The notes under the pieces: generated by a model
The model's input: the letters and a program-made list of their open reading frames with translations, nothing else
The model's database searches: none
What the model was told of the DNA's origin: nothing
Assembly (NCBI GenBank): GCA_964016885.1
Contig: OZ024740.1
Span: 318,246,001 to 318,310,000 of the forward strand
DNA from: Eledone cirrhosa
Taxonomy: Eukaryota
Length of the DNA: 64,000 nucleotides
Reading direction: 5' to 3'
Translations under genes and position numbers: made by a program
Shown here: positions 1-14,100 of the stretch, one piece after another
Layout of the letters: each line of letters starts with the position of its first letter
Position numbering within the stretch: the stretch's first letter is position 1

Positions 1-303
1 CTTTCTACTACAATACTCACAACAAATAATCCAGGATTGTCTCGCCTATTTCCACAACTTACATTCTATCTGATATTCTAACGACTCTACCAATTCGAAG
101 TCTTTCTACTACAATACTCACAACAAATAATCCAGGATTGTCTCGTCTATTTCCACAACTTGCATTCTATCTGACATTCTAACGACTCTAACAATTCGAA
201 GTCTTTCTACTACAATACTCACAACAAATAATCCAGGATTGTCTCGTCTATTTCCACAAATTACATTCTATCTGACATTCTAAAGACTCTAACAATTCGA
301 AGT

Positions 304-1511
304 TTTTCTACTACAATACTCAGAACAAATAATCCAGGTTTGTCTCGTCTATTTCCACAACTTACATTCTATCTAACATTCTAACGACTCTACCAATTCG
401 AAGCCTTTTTACTACATTACTCACAACAAATAATTCAGGATTGCCCCGTCTATTTCCACAACTTACATTCTACCTGACATTCTAACGACTCTACCAATTC
501 GCTGTCTTTCTACTACAATACTCACAATAAATAATCCAGGATTGTCTCGTCTATTTCCACAACTTACATTCTATCTGATATTCTAACGACTCTACCAATT
601 CGAAGTCTTTCTACTACAATACTAACAACAAATAATCCAGGATTGTCTCTTCTATTTCCACAACTTACATTCTATCTAACATTCTAACAACTCCACCAAT
701 TCGAAATCTTTCTACTACAATACTCACAACAAATCATCCAGGATTGTCTCGTCTATTTCCACAACTTACATTCTATCTGATATTCTAACGACTCTACCAA
801 TTCGAAGTCTTTCTACTACAATACTAACAACAAATAATCCAGGATTGTCTCTTCTATTTCCACAACTTACATTCTATCTGATATTCTAACGACTCTACCA
901 ATTCGAATCTTTCTACTACAATACTCACAACAAATAATACAGCATTGGCTCGTCTATTTCCACAACTTACATTCTATCTGACGTTCTAACGACTCTACCA
1001 ATTCGCTGTATTTCTACTACAATACTCACAACAAATAATCCAGCACTGTTTCGTCTATTTCCACAACTCACATTCTATCTGACATTCTAACGACTCTACC
1101 AATTCGAAGTCTTTCTACTACAATACTCACAACAAATAATCCAGGAATATCTCGTCTATTTCCACAACTTACATTCTATCTGACATTGAAACGACTCTAT
1201 CAATTCGAAGTCTTTCTACTACAATACTAACTTCAAATAATCCAGGATTGTCTCGTCTATTTCCACAACTTACATTCTATCTGACATTCTAACGACTCTA
1301 CCAATTGGAAGTCTTTCTACTTCGATACTAATAAAAATAATCTAGGATTGTCTCGTCTATTTCCACAACTTACATTCTATCTGCCATTCTAACGACTCTA
1401 CCAATTCGCTGTCTTTCTACTACAATACTCAACAAATAATCCAGGACTGTCTCGTCTATTTCCACAATTTACGTTCTATCTGACATTCTAAAGACTCTAA
1501 CAATTCGAAGT
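304..1511 (+). repeat. Representative 12-monomer higher-order repeat unit (1208 bp) of the main subfamily
   Basis: Diagnostic CAGAAC at 321 and 1529 (offset 1208 = 12x101-4, accounted for by one 2-bp and two 1-bp deletion monomers). Ordered variants: CAGAAC/GGTTTG; TTTTTACTACATTAC/GCCCCGT; near-consensus; CTCTTCT/AACTCCACC; AAATCATCC; CGAATC; ATACAG/TTGGCTC; AGCACTGTTT; GGAATATC/TTGAAACG; AACTTCAAA; AATAAAAATAATCTAGG; 99-bp CTCAACAAA/GGACTG. Confidence 0.85.
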
Positions 1512-4500
1512 CTTTCTACTACAATACTCAGAACAAATAATCCAGGTTTGTCTCGTCTATTTCCACAACTTACATTCTATCTAACATTCTAACGACTCTA
1601 CCAATTCGAAGCCTTTTTACTACATTACTCACAACAAATAATTCAGGATTGTCTCGTCTATTTCCACAAATTACGTTCTATCTGACATTCTAACGACTCT
1701 ACCAATTCGAATCTTTCTACTACAATACTCACAACAAATAATACAGGATTAGCTCGTCTATTTCCACAACTTACATTCTATCTGACGTTCTAATGACTCT
1801 ACCAATTCGCTGTATTTCTACTACAATACTCACAACAAATAATCCAGCACTGTTTCGTCTATTTCCACAACTCACGTTCTATCTGACATTCTAACGACTC
1901 TACCAATTCGAAGTCTTTCTACTACAATACTCACAACAAATAATCCAGGAATATCTCGTCTATTTCCACAACTTACATTCTATCTGACATTGAAACGACT
2001 CTATCAATTCGAAGTCTTTCTACTACAATACTAACAACAAATAATCCAGGATTGTCTCTTCTATTTCCACAACTTACATTCTATCTGATATTCTAACGAC
2101 TCTACCAATTCGAATCTTTCTACTACAATACTCACAACAAATAATACAGGATTGGCTCGTCTATTTCCACAACTTACATTCTATCTGACGTTCTAACGAC
2201 TCTACCAATTCGCTGTATTTCTACTACAATACTCACAACAAATAATCCAGCACTGTTTCGTCTATTTCCACAACTCACATTCTATCTGACATTCTAACGA
2301 CTCTACCAATTCGAAGTCTTTCTACTACAATACTCACAACAAATAATCCAGGAATATCTCGTCTATTTCCACAACTTACATTCTATCTGACTTTGAAACG
2401 ACTCTATCAATTCGAAGTCTTTCTACTACAATACTAACTTCAAATAATCCAGGATTGTCTCGTCTATTTCCACAACTTACATTCTATCTGACATTCTAAC
2501 GACTCTACCAATTCGAAGTCTTTCTACTACAATACTAATAAAAATAATCTAGGATTGTCTCGTCTATTTCCACAACTTACATTCTATCTGCCATTCTAAC
2601 GACTCTACCAATTCGCTGTCTTTCTACTACAATACTCAACAAATAATCCAGGATTGTCTCGTCTATTTCCACAACTTACATTCTATCTGATATTCTAACG
2701 ACTCTACCAATTCGAAGTCTTTCTACTACAATACTAACAACAAATAATCCAGGATTGTCTCTTCTATTTCCACAACTTACATTCTATCTGACATTCTAAC
2801 GACTCTACCAATTCGCTGTATTTCTACTACAATACTCACATCAAATAATCCAGGATTGTCTCGTCTATTTCCGCAACATACATTCTATCTGACATTCTAA
2901 CGACTCTACCAATTCGCTGTCTTTCTACTACAATACTCAACAAATAATCCAGGACTGTCTCGTCTATTTCCACAACTTACGTTCTATCTGACATTCAAAA
3001 GACTCTAACAATTCGAAGTCTTTCTACTACAATACTCAGAACAAATAATCCAGGTTTGTCTCGTCTATTTCCACAACTTACATTCTATCTAACATTCTAA
3101 CGACTCAACCAATTCGAAGCCTTTTTACTACATTACTCACAACAAATAATTCAGGATTGCCCCGTCTATTTCCACAACTTACATTCTACCTGACATTCTA
3201 ACGACTCTACCAATTCGCTGTCTTTCTACTACAATGCTCACAACAAACAATCCAGGATTGTCTCGTCTATTTCCACAACTTACATTCTATCTGATATTCT
3301 AACGACTCTACCAATTCGAAGTCTTTCTACTACAATACTCACAACAAATAATCCAGGATTGTCTCTTCTATTTCCACAACTTACATTCTATCTAACATTC
3401 TAACAACTCCACCAATTCGAAATCTTTCTACTACAATACTCACAACAAATCATCCAGGATTGTCTCGTCTATTTCCACAACTTACATTCTATCTGATATT
3501 CTAACGACTCTACCAATCCGAAGTCTTTCTACTACAATACTCACAACAAATAATCCAGGATTGTCTCGTCTATTTCCACAACTTGCATTCTATCTGACAT
3601 TCTAACGACTCTACCAATTCGAAGTCTTTCTACTACAATACTCACAACAAATAATCCAGGATTGTCTCGTCTATTTCCACAACTTACATTCTATCTGATA
3701 TTCTAACGACTCTACCAATTCGAAGTCTTTCTACTACAATACTCACAACAAATAATCCAGGATTGTCTCGTCTATTTCCACAACTTGCATTCTACCTGAC
3801 ATTCTAACGACTCTACCAATTCGAAGTCTTTCTACTACAATACTCACAACAAATAATCCAGGATTGTCTCGTCTATTTCCACAACTTACATTCTATCTGA
3901 TATTCTAACGACTCTACCAATTCGAAGTCTTTCTACTACAATACTCACAACAAATAATCCAGCACTGTTTCGTCTATTTCCACAACTCACATTCTATCTG
4001 ACATTCTAACGACTCTACCAATTCGAAGTCTTTCTACTACAATACTCACAACAAATAATCCAGGAATATCTCGTCTATTTCCACAACTTACATTCTATCT
4101 GACATTCTAACGACTCTACCAATTGGAAGTCTTTCTACTACGATACTAATAAAAATAATCTAGGATTGTCTCGTCTATTTCCACAACTTACATTCTATCT
4201 GCCATTCTAACGACTCTACCAATTCGCTGTCTTTCTACTACAATACTCAACAAATAATCCAGGACTGTCTCGTCTATTTCCACAATTTACGTTCTATCTG
4301 ACATTCTAAAGACTCTAACAATTCGAAGTCTTTCTACTACAATACTCAGAACAAATAATCCAGGTTTGTCTCGTCTATTTCCACAACTTACATTCTATCT
4401 AACATTCTAACGACTCTACCAATTCGAAGCCTTTTTACTACATTACTCACAACAAATAATTCAGGATTGTCTCGTCTATTTCCACAAATTACGTTCTATC

Positions 4501-6935
4501 TGACATTCTAACGACTCTACCAATTCGAATCTTTCTACTACAATACTCACAACAAATAATACAGGATTAGCTCGTCTATTTCCACAACTTACATTCTATC
4601 TGACGTTCTAACGACTCTACCAATTCGCTGTATTTCTACTACAATACTCACAACAAATAATCCAGCACTGTTTCGTCTATTTCCACAACTCACGTTTTAT
4701 ATGACATTCTAACGACTCTACCAATACGAAGTCTTTCTACTACAATACTCACAACAAATAATCCAGGAATATCTCGTCTATTTCCACAACTTACATTCTA
4801 TCTGACATTGAAACGACTCTATCAATTCGAAGTCTTTCTACTACAATACTAACAACAAATAATCCAGGATTGTCTCTTCTATTTCCACAACTTACATTCT
4901 ATCTGATATTCTAACGACTCTACCAATTCGAATCTTTCTACTACAATACTCACAACAAATAATACAGGATTGGCTCGTCTATTTCCACAACTTACATTCT
5001 ATCTGACGTTCTAACGACTCTACCAATTCGCTGTATTTCTACTACAATACTCACAACAAATAATCCAGCACTGTTTCGTCTATTTCCACAACTCACATTC
5101 TATCTGACATTCTAACGACTCTACCAATTCGAAGTCTTTCTACTACAATACTCACAACAAATAATCCAGGAATATCTCGTCTATTTCCACAACTTACATT
5201 CTATCTGACTTTGAAACGACTCTATCAATTCGAAGACTTTCTACTACAATACTAACTTCAAATAATCCAGGATTGTCTCGTCTATTTCCACAACTTACAT
5301 TCTATCTGACATTCTAACGACTCTACCAATTCGAAGTCTTTCTACTACAATACTAATAAAAATAATCTAGGATTGTCTCGTCTATTTCCACAACTTACAT
5401 TCTATCTGCCATTCTAACGACTCTACCAATTCGCTGTCTTTCTACTACAATACTCAACAAATAATCCAGGATTGTCTCGTCTATTTCCACAACTTACATT
5501 CTATCTGATATTTTAACGACTCTACCAATTCGAAGTCTTTCTACTACAATACTAACAACAAATAATCCAGGATTGTCTCTTCTATTTCCACAACTTACAT
5601 TCTATCTGACATTCTAACGACTCTACCAATTCGCTGTATTTCTACTACAATACTCACATCAAATAATCCAGGATTGTCTCGTCTATTTCCGCAACATACA
5701 TTCTATCTGACATTCTAACGACTCTACCAATTCGCTGTCTTTCTACTACAATACTCAACAAATAATCCAGGACTGTCTCGTCTATTTCCACAACTTACGT
5801 TCTATCTGACATTCAAAAGACTCTAACAATTCGAAGTCTTTCTACTACAATACTCAGAACAAATAATCCAGGTTTGTCTCGTCTATTTCCACAACTTACA
5901 TTCTATCTAACATTCTAACGACTCAACCAATTCGAAGCCTTTTTACTACATTACTGACAACAAATAATTCAGGATTGCCCCGTCTATTTCCACAACTTAC
6001 ATTCTACCTGACATTCTAACGACTCTACCAATTCGCTGTCTTTCTACTACAATGCTCACAACAAACAATCCAGGATTGTCTCGTCTATTTCCACAACTTA
6101 CATTCTATCTGATATTCTAACGACTCTACCAATTCGAAGTCTTTCTACTACAATACTCACAACAAATAATCCAGGATTGTCTCTTCTATTTCCACAACTT
6201 ACATTCTATCTAACATTCTAACAACTCCACCAATTCGAAATCTTTCTACTACAATACTCACAACAAATCATCCAGGATTGTCTCGTCTATTTCCACAACT
6301 TACATTCTATCTGATATTCTAACGACTCTACCAATCCGAAGTCTTTCTACTACAATACTCACAACAAATAATCCAGGATTGTCTCGTCTATTTCCACAAC
6401 TTGCATTCTATCTGACATTCTAACGACTCTACCAATTCGAAGTCTTTCTACTACAATACTCACAACAAATAATCCAGGATTGTCTCGTCTATTTCCACAA
6501 ATTACTTTCTATCTGTCATTCTAACGACTCTACCAATTCGCTGTCTTTCTACTACAATACTCACAACAAATAATCCAGGATTGTCTCGTCTATTTCCACA
6601 ACTTACATTCTATCTGATATTCTAACGACTCTACCAATTCGAAGTCTTTCTACTACAATACTCACAACAAATAATCCAGGATTGTCTCGTCTATTTCCAC
6701 AACTTGCATTCTATCTGACATTCTAACGACTCTACCAATTCGAAGTCTTTCTACTACAATACTCACAACAAATAATCCAGGATTGTCTCGTCTATTTCCA
6801 CAACTTACATTCTATCTGATATTCTAACGACTCTACCAATTCGAAGTCTTTCTACTACAATACTCACAACAAATAATCCAGCACTGTTTCGTCTATTTCC
6901 ACAACTCACATTCTATCTGACATTCTAACGACTCT
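1300..6935 (+). repeat. Tandem duplication of a 28-monomer block (period 2818 bp)
   Basis: Rare variants paired at exactly +2818: TTGGAA 1307/4125, CTTTGAAA 2391/5209, CCGCAAC 2873/5691, ATTCAAAA 2993/5811, AATGCTC 3236/6054, ATCCGAA 3520/6338. Confidence 0.9.
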
Positions 6936-8150
6936 ACCAATTCGAAGTCTTTCTACTACAATACTCACAACAAATAATCCAGGAATATCTCGTCTATTTC
7001 CACAACTTACATTCTATCTGACATTGAAACGACTCTATCAATTCGAAGTCTTTCTACTACAATACTAATAAAAATAATCTAGGATTGTCTCGTCTATTTC
7101 CACAACTTACATTCTATCTGCCATTCTAACGACTCTACCAATTCGCTGTCTTTCTCCTACAATACTCAACAAATAATCCAGGACTGTCTCGTCTATTTCC
7201 ACAACTTACGTTCTATCTGACATTCTAAAGACTCTAACAATTCGAAGTCTTTCTACTATAATACTTAGAACAAATAATCCAGGTTTGTCTCGTCTATTTC
7301 CACAACTTACATTCTATCTAACATTCTAACGACTCTACCAATTCGAAGCCTTTTTACTACATTACTCACAACAAATAATTCAGGATTGTCTCGTCTATTT
7401 CCACAAATTACGTTCTATCTGACATTCTAACGACTCTACCAATTCGAATCTTTCTACTACAATACTCACAACAAATAATACAGGATTGGCTCGTCTATTT
7501 CCACAACTTACATTCTATCTGACGTTCTAACGACTCTACCAATTCGCTGTATTTCTACTACAATACTCACAACAAATAATCCAGCACTGTTTCGTCTATT
7601 TCCACAACTCACATTCTATCTGACATTCTAACGACTCTACCAATTCGAAGTCTTTCTACTACAATACTCACAACAAATAATCCAGGATTGTCTCGTCTAT
7701 TTCCACAACTTACATTCTATCTGACATTGAAACGACTCTATCAATTCGAAGTCTTTCTACTACAATACTAATAAAAATAATCTAGGATTGTCTCGTCTAT
7801 TTCCACAACTTACATTCTATCTGCCATTCTAACGACTCTACCAATTCGCTGTCTTTCTACTACAATACTCAACAAATAATCCAGGACTGTCTCGTCTATT
7901 TCCACAACTTACGTTCTATCTGACATTCTAAAGACTCTAACAATTCGAAGTCTTTCGACTACAATACTCAGAACAAATAATCCAGGTTTGTCTCGTCTAT
8001 TTCCACAACTTACATTCTATCTAACATTCTAACGACTCTACCAATTCGAAGCCTTTTTACTACATTACTCACAACAAATAATTCAGGATTGTCTCGTCTA
8101 TTTCCACAAATTACGTTCTATCTGACATTCTAACGACTCTACCAATTCTC
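6860..8150 (+). repeat. Tandem duplication of a 7-monomer block (period 703 bp)
   Basis: GCACTG at 6881/7584 and AATACTAATAAAA at 7061/7764, both offset 703 (7x101-4). Confidence 0.75.
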
Positions 8151-11100
8151 TGTCTTTCTACTACAATACTCACAACAAATAATCCAGGATTGTCTCGTCT
8201 ATTTCCACAACTTACATTCTATCTGATATTCTAACGACTCTACCAATTCGAAGTCTTTCTACTACAATACTAACAACAAATAATCCAGGATTGTCTCTTC
8301 TATTTCCACAACTTACATTCTATCTGACATTCTAACAACTCTACCAATTCGAAGTCTTTCTACTACAATACTCACAACAAATAATACAGGATTGGCTCGT
8401 CTATTTCCACAACTTACATTCTATCTGACATTCTAACGACTCTACCAATTCGCTGTATTCCTACTACAATACTCACATCAAATAATCCAGGATTGTCTCG
8501 TCTATTTCCACAACATACATTCTATCTGACATTCTAACGACTCTACCAATTCGCTGTCTTTCTACTACAATACTCAACAAATAATCCAGGACTGTCTCGT
8601 GTATTTCCACAACTTACGTTATATCTGACATTCTAAAGACTCTAACAATTCGAAGTCTTTCTACTACAATACTCACAACAAATAATCCAGGATTGTCTCG
8701 TCTATTTCCACAACTTACATTCTATCTGATATTCTAACGACTCTACCAATTCGAAGTCTTTCTACTACAATACTAACAACAAATAATCCAGGATTGTCTC
8801 TTCTATTTCCACAACTTACATTCTATCTGACATTGAAACGACTCCACCAATTCGAAATCTTTCTACTACAATACTCACAACAAATCATCCAGGATTGTCT
8901 CGTCTATTTCCACAACTTACATTCTATCTGATATTCTAACGACTCTACCAATCCGAAGTCTTTCTACTACAATACTCACAACAAATAATCCAGGATTGTC
9001 TCGTCTATTTCCACAACTTGCATTCTATCTGACATTCTAACGACTCTACCAATTCGAAGTTTTTCTACTACAATACTCACAACAAATAATCCAGGATTGT
9101 CTCGTCTATTTCCACAAATTACATTCTATCTGTCATTCTAACGACTCTACCAATTCGCTGTCTTTCTACTACAATACTCACAACAAATAATCCAGGATTT
9201 TCTCGTCTATTTCCACAACTTACATTCTATCTGATATTCTAACGACTCTACCAATTCGAAGTCTTTCTACTACAATACTCACAACAAATAATCCAGGATT
9301 GTCTCGTCTATTTCCACAACTTGCATTCTATCTGACATTCTAACGACTCTACCAATTCGAAGTCTTTCTACTACAATACTCACAACAAATAATCCAGGGT
9401 TGTCTCGTCTATTTCCACAAATTACATTCTATCTGACATTCTAACGACTCTACCAATTCGCTGTCTTTCTACTACAATACTCAACAAATAATCCAGAACT
9501 GTCTCGTCTATTTCCACAACTTACGTTCTATCTGACATTCTAAAGACTCTAACAATTCGAAGTTTTTCTACTACAATACTCAGAACAAATAATCCAGGTT
9601 TGTCTCGTCTATTTCCACAACTTACATTCTATCTAACATTCTAACGACTCTACCAATTCGAAGCCTTTTTACTACATTACTCACAACAAATAATTCAGGA
9701 TTGCCCCGTCTATTTCCACAACTTACATTCTACCTGACATTCTAACGACTCTACCAATTCGCTGTCTTTCTACTACAATACTCACAACAAATAATCCAGG
9801 ATTGTCTCGTCTATTTCCACAACTTACATTCTATCTGATATTCTAACGACTCTACCAATTCGAAGTCTTTCTACTACAATACTAACAACAAATAATCCAG
9901 GATTGTCTCTTCTATTTCCACAACTTACATTCTATCTAACATTCTAACAACTCCACCAATTCGAAATCTTTCTACTACAATACTCACAACAAATCATCCA
10001 GGATTGTCTCGTCTATTTCCACAACTTACATTCTATCTGATATTCTAACGACTCTACCAATTCGAAGTCTTTCTACTACAATACTAACAACAAATAATCC
10101 AGGATTGTCTCTTCTATTTCCACAACTTACATTCTATCTGATATTCTAACGACTCTACCAATTCGAATCTTTCTACTACAATACTCACAACAAATAATAC
10201 AGGATTGGCTCGTCTATTTCCACAACTTACATTCTATCTGACGTTCTAACGACTCTACCAATTCGCTGTATTTCTACTACAATACTCACAACAAATAATC
10301 AAGGATTGTATCGTCTATTTCCACAACTTACATTCTATCTGACATTGAAACGACTCTATCAATTCGAAGTCTTTCTACTACAATACTAACTTCAAATAAT
10401 CCAGGATTGTCTCGTCTATTTCCACAACTTACATTCTATCTGACATTCTAACGACTCTACCAATTCGAAGTCTTTCTACTACAATACTAATAAAAATAAT
10501 CTAGGATTGTCTCGTCTATTTCCACAACTTACATTCTATCTGCCATTCTAACGACTCTACCAATTCGCTGTCTTTCTACTACAATACTCAACAAATAATC
10601 CAGGACTGTCTCGTCTATTTCCACAACTTACGTTCTATCTGACATTCTAAAGACTCTAACAATTCGAAGTCTTTCTACTACAATACTCAGAACAGATAAT
10701 CCAGGTTTGTCTCGTCTATTTCCACAACTTACATTCTATCTAACATTCTAACGACTCTACCAATTCGAAGCCTTTTTACTACATTACTCACAACAAATAA
10801 TTCAGGATTGTCTCGTCTATTTCCACAAATTACGTTCTATCTGACATTCTAACGACTCTACCAATTCGCTGTCTTTCTACTACAATACTCACAACAAATA
10901 ATCCAGGATTGTCTCGTCTATTTCCACAACTTACATTCTATCTGATATTCTAACGACTCTACCAATTCGAAGTCTTTCTACTACAATACTAACAACAAAT
11001 AACCCAGGATTGTCTCTTCTATTTCCACAACTTACATTCTATCTGACATTCTAACAACTCTACCAATTCGAAGTCTTTCTACTACAATACTCACAACAAA

Positions 11101-14100
11101 TAATACAGGATTGGCTCGTCTATTTCCACAACTTACATTCTATCTGACATTCTAACGACTCTACCAATTCGCTGTATTCCTACTACAATACTCACATCAA
11201 ATAATCCAGGATTGTCTCGTCTATTTCCACAACATACATTCTATCTGACATTCTAACGACTCTACCAATTCGCTGTCTTTCTACTACAATACTCAACAAA
11301 TAATCCAGGACTGTCTCGTGTATTTCCACAACTTACGTTCTATCTGACATTCTAAAGACTCTAACAATTCGAAGTCTTTCTACTACAATACTCAGAAAAA
11401 ATAATCCAGGATTGCCCCGTCTATTTCCACAACTTACGTTTTACCTGACATTCTAACGACTCTACCAATTCGCTGTCTTTCTACTACAATACTCACAACA
11501 AATCATCCAGGATTGTCTCGTCTATTTCCACAACTTACATTCTATCTGATATTCTAACGACTCTATCAATTCGAAGTCTTTCTACTACAATACTAACAAC
11601 AAATAATCCAGGATTGTCTCTTCTATTTCCACAACTTACATTCTATCTGATATTCTAACGACTCTACCAATTCGAATCTTTCTACTACAATACTCACAAC
11701 AAATAATACAGGATTGGCTCGTCTATTTCCACAACTTACATTCTATCTGACGTTCTAACGACTCTACCAATTCGCTGTATTTCTACTACAATACTCACAA
11801 CAAATAATCCAGCACTGTTTCGTCTATTTCCACAACTCACATTCTATCTGACATTCTAACGACTCTACCAAATCGAAGTCTTTCTACTACAATACTCACA
11901 ACAAATAATCCAGGAATATCTCGTCTATTTCCACAACTTACATTCTATCTGACATTGAAACGACTCTATCAATTCGAAGTCTTTCTACTACAATACTAAC
12001 TTCAAATAATCCAGGATTGTCTCGTCTATTTCCACAACTTACATTCTATCTGACATTCTAACGACTCTACCAATTCGAAGTCTTTCTACTACAATACTAA
12101 TAAAAATAATCTAGGATTGTCTCGTCTATTTCCACAACTTACATTCTATCTGACATTCAAACGACTCTACCAATTCGCTGTCTTTCTACTACAATACTCA
12201 CAACAAATAATCCAGGATTGTCTCGTCTATTTCCACAACTTACGTTCTATCTGACATTCTAACAACTCTACCAATTCGAAGTCTTTCTACTACAATACTC
12301 ACAACACATAATACAGGATTGGCTCGTCTATTTCCACAACATACATTCTATCTGACATTCTAACGACTCTACCAATTCGCTGTATTTCTACTACAATACT
12401 CACATCAAATAATCCAGGATTGTCTCGTCTATTTCCACAACATACATTCTATCTGACATTCTAACGACTCTACCAATTCGCTGTCTTTCTACTACAATAC
12501 TCAACAAATAATCCAGGACTGTCTCGTCTATTTCCACAACTTACGTTCTATCTGACATTCTAAAGACTCTAACAATTCGAAGTCTTTCTACTACAATACT
12601 CAGAAAAAATAATCCAGGTTTGTCTCGTCTATTTCCGCAACTTACATTCTATCTAACATTCTAAAGACTCTACCAATTCGAAGCCTTTTTACTACATTAC
12701 TCACAACAAATAATTCAGGATTGCCCCGTCTATTTCCACAACTTTCATTCTATCTGACATTCTAACGACTCTACCAATTCGCCGTCTTTCTACTACAATA
12801 CTCACAACAAATAATCAAGGATTGTCTCGTCTATTTCCACAACTTACATTCTATCTGATATTCTAACGACTCTACCAATTCGAAGTCTTTCTACTACAAT
12901 ACTAACAACAAATAATCCAGGATTGTCTCTTCTATTTCCACAACTTACATTCTATCTAACATTCTAACAACTCCACCAATTCGAAATCGTTCTACTACAA
13001 TACTCACAACAAATCATCCAGGATTGTCTCGTCTATTTCCACAACTTACATTCTATCTGATATTCTAACGACTCTACCAATTCGAATCTTTCTACTACAA
13101 TACTCACAACAAATAATACAGGATTGGCTCGTCTATTTCCACAACTTACATTCTATCTGACATTCTAACGACTCTACCAATTCGCTGTATTTCTACTACA
13201 ATACTCACAACAAATAATCCAGCACTGTTTCGTCTATTTCCACAACTCACATTCTATCTGACATTCTAAAGACTCTAACAATTCGAAGTCTTTCTACTAC
13301 AATACTCAGAACAAATAATCCAGGTTTGTCTCGTCTATTTCCACAACTTACATTCTATCTAACATTCTAACGACTCTACCAATTCGAAGCCTTTTTACTA
13401 CATTACTCACAACAAATAATTCAGGATTGCCCCGTCTATTTCCACAACTTCCATTCTACCTGACATTCTAACGACTCTACCAATTCGCTGTCTTTCTACT
13501 ACAATACTCACAACAAATAATCCAGGATTCTCTCGTCTATTTCCACAACTTACATTCTATCTGATATTCTAACGACTCTACCAATTCGAAGTCTTTCTAC
13601 TACAATACTAACAACAAATAATCCAGGATTGTCTCTTATATTTCCACAACTTACATTCTATCTAACATTCTAACAACTCCACCAATTCTAAATCTTTCTA
13701 CTACAATACTCACAACAAATCATCCAGAATTGTCTCGTCTATTTCCACAACTTACATTCTATCTGATATTCTAACGACTCTATCAATTCGAAGTCTTTCT
13801 ACTACAATACTCACAACAAATAATCCAGGATTGTCTCGTCTATTTCCACAACTTGCATTCTATCTGACATTCTAACGACTCTACCAATTCGAAGTCTTTC
13901 TACTACAATACTCACAACAAATAATCCAGGATTGTCTCGTCTATTTCCACAAATTACATTCTATCTGACATTCTAACGACTCTACCAATTCGCTGTCTTT
14001 CTACTACAATACTCACAACAAATAATCCAGGATTGTCTCGTCTATTTCCACAACTTACATTCTATCTGACATTCTAACGACTCTACCAATTCGCTGTATT

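Noticed and set aside
61-99. Similarity to human HSat2/3 (CATTC)n or heat-shock elements
   Set aside because: Only two CATTC per 101 bp with no pentamer periodicity, and no three contiguous inverted nGAAn units.
93-110. CENP-B box at TTCG
   Set aside because: Neither strand matches TTCGnnnnAnnCGGG.
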